DNA of 38,776 bases from Candidatus Zixiibacteriota bacterium (GCA_036170655.1 JAVHPP010000105.1:1-38776), one strand, 5' to 3'; counted from the stretch's first letter, positions 14,234 through 25,039 are shown. The notes: generated from the sequence alone by a model not told the origin. A program made the numbers and translations.

Positions 14234-15034
14234 ATGTCGTTGATTCACTTCGTCAAGTACCAGTCGCTCGAAAACGATTTCTGTCTGATCGAGCTGCGCC
14301 GCAAGGGATTCCGGCTGTCAGCACCTCACGTCGCCGAGTTTTGCCACCGCCGACGGGGCGTGGGCGCCGACGGACTGATCATCCTCGGACCAGAAGTCAG
14401 GGCGGGCGTCAAATTCACGCTCTACAATGCTGATGGATCGAAGGCCGAATGGTCCGGCAATGGAGTCCGTTGCGCGGCGACCCACTTGACCCGGCGGAAA
14501 CACGCCGGCCGGGTCACGCTCCTGACTGGAGCCGGTGCGGTTGAGGCCGTCGTCAGGCGAGAGAACAACCGTCAGGCCGTTGTTTCCTTCCAGCGCCCCA
14601 TGCCGATTGTGTCGAAGGCCGCCGCCCGGCCGATGGCAGCTCAAGTCGGCACCGCAACAGGACCAATCCGCGTGGATGCCGGAAATCCCCACTGGATTTA
14701 TCTGGTTCGGAGTTTCCACATCCCTTGGGAGGCCGAGGGTGAACGTCTGCAGCGTTATGCGCGCAGCACCCACGGGGTCAACATCGAGTTTGTCCGTGTG
14801 CAGAACCGGCAGAAATTGGAGATGCGCATCTACGAACGCGGCGTCGGTCCAACCGCATCGTCGGGTTCAGGCGCACTGGCCGCTGTTGCGGCCTGTTGGA
14901 AAAACGGCCTGATCGCTCGTCGGTTGACCCTGACATCTCCGGGTGGAAGGCAGAGCGCCAAGATTGATGTTGATACGGTCGAACTGACAGCGACCGCGCA
15001 TTTTGTGTGCGCCGGAGAATGGCAAGCAGACTGA
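14234..15034 (+). CDS. dapF: Diaminopimelate epimerase homologue with Ser at both catalytic Cys positions
   Basis: KYQSLENDF, GVGADGLI, YNADGS.AEWSGNGVRC, GNPH, VNIEF, YERGVGPTASSGSGA. Confidence 0.88.
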   Translation: MSLIHFVKYQSLENDFCLIELRRKGFRLSAPHVAEFCHRRRGVGADGLIILGPEVRAGVKFTLYNADGSKAEWSGNGVRCAATHLTRRKHAGRVTLLTGAGAVEAVVRRENNRQAVVSFQRPMPIVSKAAARPMAAQVGTATGPIRVDAGNPHWIYLVRSFHIPWEAEGERLQRYARSTHGVNIEFVRVQNRQKLEMRIYERGVGPTASSGSGALAAVAACWKNGLIARRLTLTSPGGRQSAKIDVDTVELTATAHFVCAGEWQAD

Positions 15035-15069
15035 GATCTGGTATGCAGTACGTGTGACAAATCCGTGAT

Positions 15070-16557
15070 ATGAACTTCACCGAGTTCCGAGGAAGTCTGA
15101 GAGAAAACGGTTTGGCCGTTGTCACCGCGGAGATCCCGGCGGATTTGCTGACCCCCGCATCGGTCTTTCTCCGTCTCGGGGGCGACCGGGCCGACGCGTC
15201 GTTTCTGTTTGAAAGCGTTGAGACGGGCGGTGCAATCGGCCGCTATTCGTTCATCGGCGCCGGCCCGGTTGAACAGATCTGGGCGAACGAAACGGGGGGA
15301 ATCCATCGTACGGCACGCAGTCAACAGCCGCTGTCCGTCGCGGATGTCCCGGCGATGATTCGCGCACGTCTCCCCCGGTCAAAACCCCAGACGCACAGCT
15401 CCCCCGCACACGGACTGAATGGGGGCTGGGTCGGGTACTTCGGCTATGACTGGGTGCGCACACTGGAGCGACTGCCCGGCGGTGCATCGGACACGAGTGG
15501 ACAGCCCTGGATTCAACTGGGTCTCTACGATCAGGTCATTGTGTTTGACCACGTTGTCCAAACAGCGCAAATTTGTGTCTCTGTGACGGATGATGCTTGT
15601 GCGGCACGTGGTGGTCTTCGCCGGGCATACGAGGTCACGCAGCGACGGCTGGAACACACCGTCGGAATGTTGCGTCGTCCGCACGAACTCCCGCGTTTGC
15701 CTCCGTTACCATGCCGTCCTGTTCGCTCGAACATGACGAAACGTGACTTCGTTCAGGGCGTCAGGACAATCAAGCGGCATATCGCCGCGGGCGACATATT
15801 CCAGTGCGTTCTGTCCCAGCAGTTTTCCATCGAGGGCCGCGCCAGACCATTTGACGTCTATCGCCGCCTGCGTCGTCTGAATCCATCACCCTACATGTAT
15901 TTTCTGAAGTTCGGTGACGTGGGCATCGCGGGTTCTTCACCGGAGACGCTCGTGCGCAAGATCGGCCGCCAGGTGACAACCCGTCCCATTGCCGGCACCC
16001 GTCCGCGCGGCCGCAACGATGACGAAGACATGCGTCTGGAACGACAATTGCTGGCATCCCCCAAGGAAAACGCTGAGCACGTGATGCTGGTCGATCTTGG
16101 ACGCAACGATCTCGGACGCGTCTGCCGTCCCGGGTCGCTGGTGATCCCGGAATTCCGCCGAATCGACCGGTATTCGCACGTCATGCACATGGTGACAACG
16201 GTGGAAGGAACGTGCCGTTCGTCTGCCGATGCGCTCGATGTCTTGGCCGCCGCCTTCCCGGCCGGAACCGTGACTGGGGCGCCCAAGATTCGTGCCATGG
16301 AGATCATCGACTCAATTGAACCGCAGCGGCGCGGCATCTATGCCGGTTGCGTTGGCTATATCGATTTCTGGGGTAATCTCGACACGGCGATCGCGATTCG
16401 GACTGCTGTCGTAGAGCGTCGCCGTGCGTATACGCAGGCGGGCGCCGGCATTGTCGCCGACAGTGATCCCGAGCGCGAGTACCGCGAGACGCAGAACAAG
16501 GCGGCGGCCCCGCTTGCATCACTCGGCGGAGCATGGAAACGAGGAGAAGAACCGTGA
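15070..16557 (+). CDS. trpE: Anthranilate synthase component I
   Basis: DLLTP, FLFESVE, GDIFQCVLSQ, NPSPYMY (Trp feedback motif), PIAGTRPRG, EHVMLVDLGRND, GAPKIRAM. Confidence 0.96.
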   Translation: MNFTEFRGSLRENGLAVVTAEIPADLLTPASVFLRLGGDRADASFLFESVETGGAIGRYSFIGAGPVEQIWANETGGIHRTARSQQPLSVADVPAMIRARLPRSKPQTHSSPAHGLNGGWVGYFGYDWVRTLERLPGGASDTSGQPWIQLGLYDQVIVFDHVVQTAQICVSVTDDACAARGGLRRAYEVTQRRLEHTVGMLRRPHELPRLPPLPCRPVRSNMTKRDFVQGVRTIKRHIAAGDIFQCVLSQQFSIEGRARPFDVYRRLRRLNPSPYMYFLKFGDVGIAGSSPETLVRKIGRQVTTRPIAGTRPRGRNDDEDMRLERQLLASPKENAEHVMLVDLGRNDLGRVCRPGSLVIPEFRRIDRYSHVMHMVTTVEGTCRSSADALDVLAAAFPAGTVTGAPKIRAMEIIDSIEPQRRGIYAGCVGYIDFWGNLDTAIAIRTAVVERRRAYTQAGAGIVADSDPEREYRETQNKAAAPLASLGGAWKRGEEP

Positions 16558-17120
16558 TCCTCCTCGTCGACAACTACGATTCCTTTACTTACAACCTCTA
16601 CCAGTACCTGTGTGAACTGGGAGCAACGGTCACGGTACGCCGGAATGACGTGATCGACCTTGACGTTGTCGGCAAGCGTTACGAGGCCATCGTCCTGTCG
16701 CCGGGTCCTGGCCGGCCTGCCGACGCCGGCGTCACACCGGAAATCGTACGGCAATACTCCGGACGGCTCCCCATTCTAGGGGTCTGCCTCGGGCATCAGG
16801 CCATTGGCGAAGTGTTCGGCGGAACGATCACGCGCGCCAAGCGGCTCATGCATGGCAAAACATCGATGATCTCTCATGACGGATCGGGTCTCTTCAGCAA
16901 AGTCCCCAATCCCTTCGAAGCGACTCGCTATCATTCTCTCGTTGTCGATGCCCTGTCGCTGCCGGACGTTCTTCAAGTTACGGCGACAACCGATGACGGC
17001 ACGATCATGGGTCTGAGACACAAGACGCATCCGACCGTGGGGGTGCAGTTCCACCCGGAGTCGATCCTCACGCGCGATGGGAAGACGATCCTGAGGAATT
17101 TTCTCGAGGGGCGGCTCTAG
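16554..17120 (+). CDS. trpG: Anthranilate synthase component II (glutamine amidotransferase)
   Basis: DNYDSFTYNL, SPGPG, GVCLGHQ, RYHSL, QFHPES. GTG start overlaps the trpE stop. Confidence 0.96.
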   Translation: MILLVDNYDSFTYNLYQYLCELGATVTVRRNDVIDLDVVGKRYEAIVLSPGPGRPADAGVTPEIVRQYSGRLPILGVCLGHQAIGEVFGGTITRAKRLMHGKTSMISHDGSGLFSKVPNPFEATRYHSLVVDALSLPDVLQVTATTDDGTIMGLRHKTHPTVGVQFHPESILTRDGKTILRNFLEGRL

Positions 17121-17149
17121 TAAATCCCAGGGGAACCGGTGAGGAACAC

Positions 17150-18166
17150 ATGTTGAAGCCATTCATCAAATCGGCGGTCGGACGCACTCATCTGAACAGC
17201 TCCGAGGCGGAGACGGCCATGGAGATTGTTATGCGGGGTGAAGCGACGCCGGCACAGATTGCGGCGTGGCTGGTCGCCTTGGGCCAAAAGGGGGAAACGC
17301 CGGAGGAAATTATCGGGTTCGCGCGCGGCATGCGTGCCGTGATGGTCAGTCTCCACAACGTGCCCGATGGCACAATCGACACGTGCGGGACTGGTGGCGA
17401 CGGCCTGTCGACCTTCAACATCTCAACCGCCGCGGCGTTGATCGTTGCCGCCTGTGGGGTACCGGTCGCCAAGCATGGGAACCGTGCCGTGTCGTCGCAA
17501 TGCGGGTCGGCAGATGTGCTCGCCGCCTTGGGTTTTCAGATCGATCCCGGCGCGGAGATCGTGGAACGGGCTTTGCATGAGACTGGATTCGCTTTCTTGT
17601 TCGCACCGGGTTTTCATCCGGCCATGAAACACGCAATCGGCCCCCGGCGTGAAATCGGCGTTCGCACTGTTTTCAATCTTCTTGGCCCGCTTTGCAATCC
17701 CGCCAATGTGAAGCGTCAGATCGTCGGGGTCTATGACCGCCGCTGGCTTGTTCCTCTTGCAGAAGTGCTGGGTGCACTTGGGGCCCAGCGGGCGCTGGTC
17801 GTTTCCGGTCCTGAGGGCGCAGATGAACTGTTGCCAACCGGTGAGAACTATCTCGCTGAATGGGATGGCCAGCAGGTCCGGGAGTCGGTACTCCAGCCAG
17901 CCGATTTGGGTATCTCACCGGTCTCGATGAGCGAACTCGGCGGCCAGACGCCCGAAAGCAATGCCGGCATCATTCGCGACATGGCCGCAGGCGCCAATGG
18001 AGCAAAGACCGAGACGGCCCTGCTTAACGCCGGCGCGGCTCTCTGGGTTGCGGGCCGGGCTGCTTCGATCCGTGCTGGCATTGCCGAGGCACGTCAGGCC
18101 ATCAAGGATGGACGCTTTCGCCGAATACTCAAGACCGCCGCGGCCGCCTCGCACGGGCTGGTATAG
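17150..18166 (+). CDS. trpD: Anthranilate phosphoribosyltransferase
   Basis: DTCGTGGDG, FNIST, KHGNRAVSS, FNLLGPL. Confidence 0.97.
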   Translation: MLKPFIKSAVGRTHLNSSEAETAMEIVMRGEATPAQIAAWLVALGQKGETPEEIIGFARGMRAVMVSLHNVPDGTIDTCGTGGDGLSTFNISTAAALIVAACGVPVAKHGNRAVSSQCGSADVLAALGFQIDPGAEIVERALHETGFAFLFAPGFHPAMKHAIGPRREIGVRTVFNLLGPLCNPANVKRQIVGVYDRRWLVPLAEVLGALGAQRALVVSGPEGADELLPTGENYLAEWDGQQVRESVLQPADLGISPVSMSELGGQTPESNAGIIRDMAAGANGAKTETALLNAGAALWVAGRAASIRAGIAEARQAIKDGRFRRILKTAAAASHGLV

Positions 18167-18191
18167 AGTTTATGCGAAGAAAGACAGTCTG

Positions 18192-19556
18192 TTGACGTTC
18201 ACGCCGATCACATCGTCAGACCCCACGGTTCCCGTCGGTCCTGCTGCAGCAGAGGACACCCCGTCGGCTGGTCTCGTCGCCCACGGCACTGGCCGCCGCC
18301 ATTGGTTCAGAGAATATCTGGACAACCTCAAGAGGGTGTCCATCCCGGCACGGTGGTTCCTGCTCGGCACCACGCTGGTGGGTATGGCGTGGTCCACTTT
18401 TTCTCTCCTATTCAACTTGTTCATGAAGGAACGGGGATACGCCGAGGGTGTGATCGGTCATGTGCTATCGATGCAGTCATTCGGCATGGTGGCCCTGGCG
18501 ATCCCGGCAGGGATGCTGGTGTCGCGGCGATCGGCACGGGGAATTATGATCGCGTCCAGTGTGGCGGTGGCGCTCGGTTTTGCCTCCCAGACAATCGCCG
18601 GATTCCAGGCAGCAATCCTGATCGCCTCATTCGCGACCGGTGGCATGCTGGCGTTCTCGCGCGTCACCGGCGCACCATTCCTGATGAAGTACTCCACGCC
18701 AGCGGAACGCGCCCACGTGTTCTCGCTCAACTTCGCGGCGACACTGGGGGCGGGATTGATCACCCATTTCGCCGCCGGTTTCCTCCACCGTCTGCTGGTG
18801 GGTATCACAGGATCATCGCTGACTGCCTACCAGATCGTGCTGTTACTCGGCTGCTCCTTTGCGCTGGCAGGCGCGGTCGCTTTTTCCCGCATCCCAAAGG
18901 GAATCGTTGGCCAGCGGGCGCCGCATATCCCTCTCCGGGAATTCTGGGACACCAAGGGCCGGCTCCTGTTCAAACTTACATTCCCCTTTTTCCTGGTCGG
19001 GATGGGCGCCGGACTGATCATTCCGTTTCTGAATCTCTATTTCCGAGACCGCTTTGGCCTGGAGCCGCAGACCATTGGCGTATTCTACGGGCTTGTCCAG
19101 GCGACGATGATTCTGGGCGTGCTGATCGGGCCGGAGATGGCCCGCCGGTTCGGGATGATCCGCACCATCGTGATCACCGAATGGGCATCGTTGCCATTCA
19201 TGGTGGCCCTCGCGTTTACCACGAGTCTGCCGGTGGCCACCGCTGCGTTCCTCATGCGGGGAGCGCTGATGAATATGGGTGTCCCCATTACAAACAATTA
19301 CATGATGGAACGTGTTGGCGAAAGCGACCGCGCCATGGTGAATAGTTGGTCGATGATGGCGTGGTCGTTGTCGTGGGCCATAACCGCGGGCCTGGGGGGA
19401 GCATTGATCGAACGGTCGGGATATGCGTTGCCGCTTTTGATCGCCAGCGGTCTGTATGTTGTCTCCAGCGCGCTTTATTTCTGGTACTTCCATCGTTGCG
19501 AGATCTACGCTGGCAGCCCGGCGACGTCGGACGGGCTGCGTCCCTGCGAGGAATGA
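18192..19556 (+). CDS. MFS transporter (start approximate)
   Basis: About 12 hydrophobic segments, MFS-like loops (ARRFGMIRT). Stop overlaps the trpC start. Start placed at TTG 18192 after the trpD stop. Confidence 0.88.
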   Translation: MTFTPITSSDPTVPVGPAAAEDTPSAGLVAHGTGRRHWFREYLDNLKRVSIPARWFLLGTTLVGMAWSTFSLLFNLFMKERGYAEGVIGHVLSMQSFGMVALAIPAGMLVSRRSARGIMIASSVAVALGFASQTIAGFQAAILIASFATGGMLAFSRVTGAPFLMKYSTPAERAHVFSLNFAATLGAGLITHFAAGFLHRLLVGITGSSLTAYQIVLLLGCSFALAGAVAFSRIPKGIVGQRAPHIPLREFWDTKGRLLFKLTFPFFLVGMGAGLIIPFLNLYFRDRFGLEPQTIGVFYGLVQATMILGVLIGPEMARRFGMIRTIVITEWASLPFMVALAFTTSLPVATAAFLMRGALMNMGVPITNNYMMERVGESDRAMVNSWSMMAWSLSWAITAGLGGALIERSGYALPLLIASGLYVVSSALYFWYFHRCEIYAGSPATSDGLRPCEE

Positions 19557-20383
19557 GTATGAATGAACAACCACCCATAGAAACGCCAGGAAGGAGCAGG
19601 GGCATTCCTCCCACGCTGCGAATGATCGTCAAGGCGACGCGTCATCGTGTGGACCACCTGCGCCACACACGTCCGGAGGATCGGATGCATGAACTGCCAT
19701 CCGCCACGCCAAAACGATCCCTAATGGCCGCGCTGCGTCAGGCCTCGCCGGCCATTATCGCGGAAGTGAAAAAAGCGTCGCCGTCCCAAGGGATCTTCAC
19801 CGATCCGTTCGACTCCCTCCGGTTGGCGCGTGCGTACAGACTCGGCGGCGCAGCGGCTCTTTCGGTGGTGACCGAGCCAGAGTTCTTCCTCGGCGAACTG
19901 GCATGGCTCCCCCTGTTGAAGAGGGAGACTGGCCTGCCGGTGTTGCGGAAGGATTTCATTATCGATGAACTGCAGGTGACCGAATCGGCGGCGTTCGGAG
20001 CCGACGCCATCCTGCTGATCGCACGCATTCTGAGTGCGGACGAACTGCGGCAATTGAAAACAGCCGCCGACCGACTCGGACTCGATGTTCTCTTCGAGAT
20101 CCATGACCTCGATGATATGCAGAAGATCAGCCCTCTGCATCCGGCCATGATTGGAATCAACGCGCGAAACCTTAAGGATTTCACGGTGAATACCGGTTTA
20201 TTCACCGAGTTGATTCCCCATCTTCCCCAGGGCACCTTGGCCGTCGCCGAAAGCGGATTGGCATCCGCCGAACAGATCGCGACGTTATCACGCGCCGGGT
20301 TCCTGGGATTTCTCATTGGTGAGAGGTTGATCCGCGCCGACGATCCAGCAGCCACGTTGCGCCGTCTCCGTGGAGTCGAATGA
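19553..20383 (+). CDS. trpC: Indole-3-glycerol phosphate synthase
   Basis: IIAEVKKASPSQG, LSVVTE, LRKDFI, GINARNL, VAESG. Confidence 0.96.
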   Translation: MSMNEQPPIETPGRSRGIPPTLRMIVKATRHRVDHLRHTRPEDRMHELPSATPKRSLMAALRQASPAIIAEVKKASPSQGIFTDPFDSLRLARAYRLGGAAALSVVTEPEFFLGELAWLPLLKRETGLPVLRKDFIIDELQVTESAAFGADAILLIARILSADELRQLKTAADRLGLDVLFEIHDLDDMQKISPLHPAMIGINARNLKDFTVNTGLFTELIPHLPQGTLAVAESGLASAEQIATLSRAGFLGFLIGERLIRADDPAATLRRLRGVE

Positions 20384-20387
20384 ACTC

Positions 20388-21032
20388 ATGACGCGGACAC
20401 GCATCAAAATCTGCGGGATCACCCGTGCGGGGGACGCCAAGACAGCAGCATCCCTCGGATGCGACGCCATCGGACTCGTCCTGTGGGAGAAGAGTTCCCG
20501 TTACGTGACACCGGTGCACGCAGAAGAGATCGTCGTATCCGTGCCGCCGGCATTGGAGACCGTCGGCGTCTTCGTCAGCCCCACAGTTGACGAGGTGGCA
20601 TCCGCAGTCAGGAAGCTGGGTCTGCAGGCCGCCCAACTCTGCGGTGAGCTGCCATCCGGCCCTTGGAGCGAGTTGGCGTCACAGGTGCGCCTGATCCGCT
20701 CCGTCGGTATCGGAAACAAACCGGTCACCGAAGCCGTGCGCATACCGGGCATCGACGATTACCTCTTTGACACGCAAGATAGCCGTTTTCACGGCGGCAC
20801 GGGTCGCGTCTTTGACTGGTCGCTCATCACGGGACAGAAGATGGCACAGCGGGTGTGGCTGGCCGGGGGGCTAAACGCCGCCAATGTGCAAGAGGCCATC
20901 AGGACCGTGCGTCCTTACGCCGTGGATGTTTCCAGCAGTGTCGAGGAATCGCCCGGCATCAAGTCCGGCAGGAAAATTGAGGCATTTGTGCAGGCCGTAC
21001 GGACGGCGGATGAAGCGGAGACACATGGATAA
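20388..21032 (+). CDS. trpF: Phosphoribosylanthranilate isomerase
   Basis: RIKICGIT, GGTGRVFDW, LAGGL, VDVSSSVE..PGIK. Alternative GTG start at 20370. Confidence 0.96.
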   Translation: MTRTRIKICGITRAGDAKTAASLGCDAIGLVLWEKSSRYVTPVHAEEIVVSVPPALETVGVFVSPTVDEVASAVRKLGLQAAQLCGELPSGPWSELASQVRLIRSVGIGNKPVTEAVRIPGIDDYLFDTQDSRFHGGTGRVFDWSLITGQKMAQRVWLAGGLNAANVQEAIRTVRPYAVDVSSSVEESPGIKSGRKIEAFVQAVRTADEAETHG

Positions 21033-21092
21033 ATCAATGAATAGTTCCACGGGTACGTGCGGCGCGCACCCTTGTATGGATCGGCGGGATTG

Positions 21093-22352
21093 ATGAGCGG
21101 ACGGCGGAAAACAGATTCTGGGAATCTCGCCCCCTATATGAAACACCCCGACAAGAGGGGACGGTTCGGGCCATACGGCGGACGGTACGTTCCGGAGACA
21201 CTGATTCCTGCGTTGGACCATCTCGCCCGTGATTTCGAGGTGGCGTGGAGGGACCGGGCCTTTCAAGCAGAGTATCACCGCCTGCTGCACGAATTTGCGG
21301 GGCGGCCCACGCCCCTGTATCCTGCGGAACGGCTGTCACAGAAATGGCATCGTGGTCGAATCTATCTCAAGCGCGAGGACCTCAACCACACCGGCTCGCA
21401 CAAGTTGAACAACACGATTGGGCAGGTTCTTCTCGCCCTGCGCAGCGGCAAGAAGCGGGTGATTGCGGAGACCGGCGCCGGCCAGCATGGCGTGGCAACG
21501 GCCACGGTCGCTGCGCGCTTCGGCCTGTCCTGCGATGTGTACATGGGCAAGGTCGATGTGGAACGCCAGGCGCCTAACGTGGCTCGGATGCGTCTCTTGG
21601 GGGCACGCGTGATCCCGGTCGAATCCGGCGCGCAGACTTTGAAAGATGCCACCAACGAAGCCATCCGCGACTGGGTGGCGCGTGTCGATGACACATTTTA
21701 CGTGATCGGCTCAGTGGTCGGTCCGCATCCCTATCCCTATATCGTGCGCCAGTTTCAGCGTGTGATTGGCGCGGAGTCGCGCCGGCAGTTCCAGAAACAA
21801 CTGGGACGTCTGCCTGACCTGCTGGTCGCCTGTGTCGGGGGCGGCTCGAACTCCTTGGGATTCTTCACCGCCTTCATGGCAGACTCCAGCGTTCGTATGC
21901 TCGGTGTCGAGGCCGCGGGGTGCGGGCTGCGAAGTGGCAGGCACGCCGCGACCCTAAGCGCAGGACACATCGGCGTTCTCCACGGCGCGATGGGATACCT
22001 CTTGCAGACCAAGGACGGGCAGATCACCGTTCCCCACTCGATCTCGGCCGGACTCGATTATCCCGGAGTCGGCCCGGAGCACTCCTACCTGAAGGACTCG
22101 GGCCGGGTACAGTATGTGTCGGTGACTGATCGCGAGGCGCTTGCGGCTTTCTCGGAACTGGCCGAATACGAGGGGATTCTCCCTGCGCTCGAATCGGCGC
22201 ATGCGCTCGCGGCGGTGAAGAAGTTACCCGCCAACAAAAGGCAGCGGCACATCATCGGCCTGTGTCTGTCGGGCCGTGGGGACAAGGACTTGGATACGGT
22301 GATCGCGGCGAGGGAAGACGCCGCCCAACCAGTAAAGGCGCCGCGAAAATGA
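21093..22352 (+). CDS. trpB: Tryptophan synthase beta subunit
   Basis: [57 protein letters not shown]. Alternative start at 21138. Confidence 0.98.
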   Translation: MSGRRKTDSGNLAPYMKHPDKRGRFGPYGGRYVPETLIPALDHLARDFEVAWRDRAFQAEYHRLLHEFAGRPTPLYPAERLSQKWHRGRIYLKREDLNHTGSHKLNNTIGQVLLALRSGKKRVIAETGAGQHGVATATVAARFGLSCDVYMGKVDVERQAPNVARMRLLGARVIPVESGAQTLKDATNEAIRDWVARVDDTFYVIGSVVGPHPYPYIVRQFQRVIGAESRRQFQKQLGRLPDLLVACVGGGSNSLGFFTAFMADSSVRMLGVEAAGCGLRSGRHAATLSAGHIGVLHGAMGYLLQTKDGQITVPHSISAGLDYPGVGPEHSYLKDSGRVQYVSVTDREALAAFSELAEYEGILPALESAHALAAVKKLPANKRQRHIIGLCLSGRGDKDLDTVIAAREDAAQPVKAPRK

Positions 22353-23179
22353 ATACACAGACGCCAACAATCCACGGGCAAAAGGCCGTCTTGCCTCCGC
22401 CGGAGCTGGCCGAACTTTTCCGGGGATCCCCGCCGGTCATCCCGTTCCTGACCGCCGGATTCCCGTCACGCGACGTGTTTCTCGACGCCGCCAAGGCCGC
22501 GTGCGATGCGGGCGCTGGAGCGGTGGAAGTCGGGATGCCATTCTCCGACCCGCTGGCCGACGGTCCGGCCATTCAGTACTCCTCACAGGTGGCGCTCGCC
22601 CACGGGATGACGCTGTCGTCTGTGCTGGAGACTACCGCCCATCTGCGCCGAACCATCGAGGTGCCCATCATCCTTATGGGGTACTTGAATCCGGTCATGC
22701 AGATGGGATTCACCACTTTCGCACGCGCGGCCCGTAATGCTGGTGTTGCCGGCACGATCATCCCCGACTGCCCGGTGGACGAAGCCGGAGGATGGATCGA
22801 CGCGTCGCAAAAGGCGGGATTGGCAAATATCTTCCTGATCGCGCCCACGACGACCAACAAGCGGGTGGTGGTCATTGACCGGCATTCGACCGTATTCTCA
22901 TATTGTGTTTCGGTGGCGGGTGTCACTGGAGTTCGCCGCGATGTGTCCGCCGCCACGCGCGCATATCTGCGGCGTGTGAGGCGGCTGGCCAGAAAACCCT
23001 ATGTTGTCGGGTTTGGCATCTCGCGGCCGGAGCATGTCCGTGCACTTCACGGTCTGGCCGGCGGTTTTGTTGTCGGATCGGCACTGGTGGGAATCCTGAA
23101 AGACTCACCGCGCACAAGGGCCGCCACCAATGTCGGCAAGGCGATTTCGGCTCTGGTGCGCGCGGCAAGTCAGCAATAG
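22349..23179 (+). CDS. trpA: Tryptophan synthase alpha subunit
   Basis: [42 protein letters not shown] overlap with trpB. Confidence 0.97.
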   Translation: MNTQTPTIHGQKAVLPPPELAELFRGSPPVIPFLTAGFPSRDVFLDAAKAACDAGAGAVEVGMPFSDPLADGPAIQYSSQVALAHGMTLSSVLETTAHLRRTIEVPIILMGYLNPVMQMGFTTFARAARNAGVAGTIIPDCPVDEAGGWIDASQKAGLANIFLIAPTTTNKRVVVIDRHSTVFSYCVSVAGVTGVRRDVSAATRAYLRRVRRLARKPYVVGFGISRPEHVRALHGLAGGFVVGSALVGILKDSPRTRAATNVGKAISALVRAASQQ

Positions 23180-23194
23180 ATCACTGATTGGATC

Positions 23195-24934
23195 ATGATG
23201 CCAACTGCGAGAACAACAACATACTTTCAGGATGTCTGCAAGGCAACGGCCGAGGCGCTGAGACAAATGGGCGGGACATGGACCGCGTCCCAGATCGCCG
23301 AGCTGTACGAAACACCCAACCGCAAAGGACTGGGCGACTCGGCGTTGCCCTGTTTTCCGCTGGCACGCGAACTGAAGGTGCCACCCCCCAAGATCGCCGC
23401 ACGTCTTGCGGAAATGTTCCAGCGACCGGAGGCAGTCGTTCGTGTCGAGCCAATCAGCGGCTACTTCAACATCTGGTATGACGCCGGCATTCTCGCACAG
23501 TCGATCATGCCAGCGATCGTCGCCCAAGGAGGGGAGTACGGATCGTCCACTGAGGGCGCCGACAAGACAGTCTGCATGGATTATTCCCACCCCAACATTG
23601 CCAAGCCATTTGGCGTGGGTCATCTGCGTTCGACCGTCATCGGTCACTCGCTGAAACGCATTCTGGAGAAACTCGGCTACCGGACTGTCGGCATCAACCA
23701 CCTCGGCGACTGGGGAACCCAGTTCGGCAAGCTGATTGTCGCTTTTCACGACTGGGGAAATGAGGACACACTCCAGCGAGAGCCGATCCGTCATCTCTAC
23801 GATCTCTACGTGCGTTTCCACACAGAGGCCGCGCAGCATCCGGAACTTCAGTCGCGTGCGCGACAGGAGTTCAAGAAACTCGAAGACGGCGATGCCGGGA
23901 ACAGACGTCTATGGCAACGCTTTCGCGAACTGTCGCTGACAGAATTTGAGCGGGTTTACCGGCGGCTGGGCGTGGCCTTCGATTCCGATGCCGGTGAGGC
24001 CTTTTACGAGGACCGTCTGCCAGAGCTGATCGCGCGCTTGCAACAGTTGGGCATCGCCCGGACCGGCGAAGATGGGGCGCTCGTCATCCCGGTGGGCGAC
24101 CAAGATGAACCGCCGCTCCTGCTGCGCAAGGCGGACGGCGCGACTCTCTACGCGACGCGCGACCTGGCCGCCGCTGAGTATCGCCACACGACCTATGCAT
24201 TCGACCAGTGCCTGTACATTGTCGGTACCGCGCAGACGCTGCATTTCAAACAGTTGTTTGCCGCCCTGCGCCGGATCGGCTATGCGTGGGCCGACCGCAT
24301 GGTGCACGTGGACTTCGGCTGGGTAAAATTCGCCGACACTATGATGTCAACCCGGCGCGGCAATATCGTGTTGCTCGACGATGTCCTCGCGGAAGCGGTC
24401 GATCTGACCCGGCGCATCATTGCCGAACGCAATCCCGATCTGGAGAATCCCGATGCCGTCGCCGAGGCGGTCGGCGTGGGCGCGGTGGTCTTCTGGATGC
24501 TCTCAGTCAAGCGCCAGAAAGATGTCAACTTCGACTGGGAAGACGTCCTGTCATTCGACGGGCGGACAGGTCCCTATTTGCAGTACACGCACGCCCGGCT
24601 GTGCTCGCTGTTGTCCAAGTGGGGAACGACCGTCCCGCAGCCCAGTGGCACCGACCTGACACAGCTGCAAACTGACGAAGAGCGGCAACTGCTTCTCCTC
24701 CTGGCCGACTGGCCGCGTCGCATCCACCAGGCGGCGCGACAGTATGAGCCACAGATCATCGCGGCGTCACTGCTGGACATGGCGCAGGCCTACAACAAGT
24801 TCTATCAGAACATACGCATCCTCGATGGCGATCCCCATGCCGCGCCCGCACGCATCATTCTGGCAGATTGCCTGCGTCAGGTCATCGCCTCCGGCTTGTT
24901 CCTGATGGGCTTGGACGCGCCACGGCGGATGTAA
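23195..24934 (+). CDS. argS: Arginine--tRNA ligase
   Basis: YSHPNIAKPFGVGHLRST, NHLGDWGTQFG, YATRDLAA, MSTRRG, GPYLQYTHAR. Confidence 0.97.
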   Translation: MMPTARTTTYFQDVCKATAEALRQMGGTWTASQIAELYETPNRKGLGDSALPCFPLARELKVPPPKIAARLAEMFQRPEAVVRVEPISGYFNIWYDAGILAQSIMPAIVAQGGEYGSSTEGADKTVCMDYSHPNIAKPFGVGHLRSTVIGHSLKRILEKLGYRTVGINHLGDWGTQFGKLIVAFHDWGNEDTLQREPIRHLYDLYVRFHTEAAQHPELQSRARQEFKKLEDGDAGNRRLWQRFRELSLTEFERVYRRLGVAFDSDAGEAFYEDRLPELIARLQQLGIARTGEDGALVIPVGDQDEPPLLLRKADGATLYATRDLAAAEYRHTTYAFDQCLYIVGTAQTLHFKQLFAALRRIGYAWADRMVHVDFGWVKFADTMMSTRRGNIVLLDDVLAEAVDLTRRIIAERNPDLENPDAVAEAVGVGAVVFWMLSVKRQKDVNFDWEDVLSFDGRTGPYLQYTHARLCSLLSKWGTTVPQPSGTDLTQLQTDEERQLLLLLADWPRRIHQAARQYEPQIIAASLLDMAQAYNKFYQNIRILDGDPHAAPARIILADCLRQVIASGLFLMGLDAPRRM

Positions 24935-24938
24935 CGAA

Positions 24939-24947
24939 TGATATAAT
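24939..24947 (+). promoter_or_regulatory. Extended -10 promoter for the aro genes
   Basis: TG-A-TATAAT immediately after the argS stop, about 90 nt before aroF. Confidence 0.6.
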
Positions 24948-25039
24948 GATATGAAGAACGTCTTGGCCCATTCAGTGCGACCGACGGTTGACGTCGGCGC
25001 CGTTGTGTCGTCAAACCAGTCTCTCCGGGGAGAACAGAT

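Noticed and set aside
14234..17120. Phenazine-type cluster (DapF/PhzF fold beside anthranilate synthase)
   Set aside because: No phzA/B, phzD or phzG. TrpE retains the Trp-feedback motif and the full trp pathway follows.
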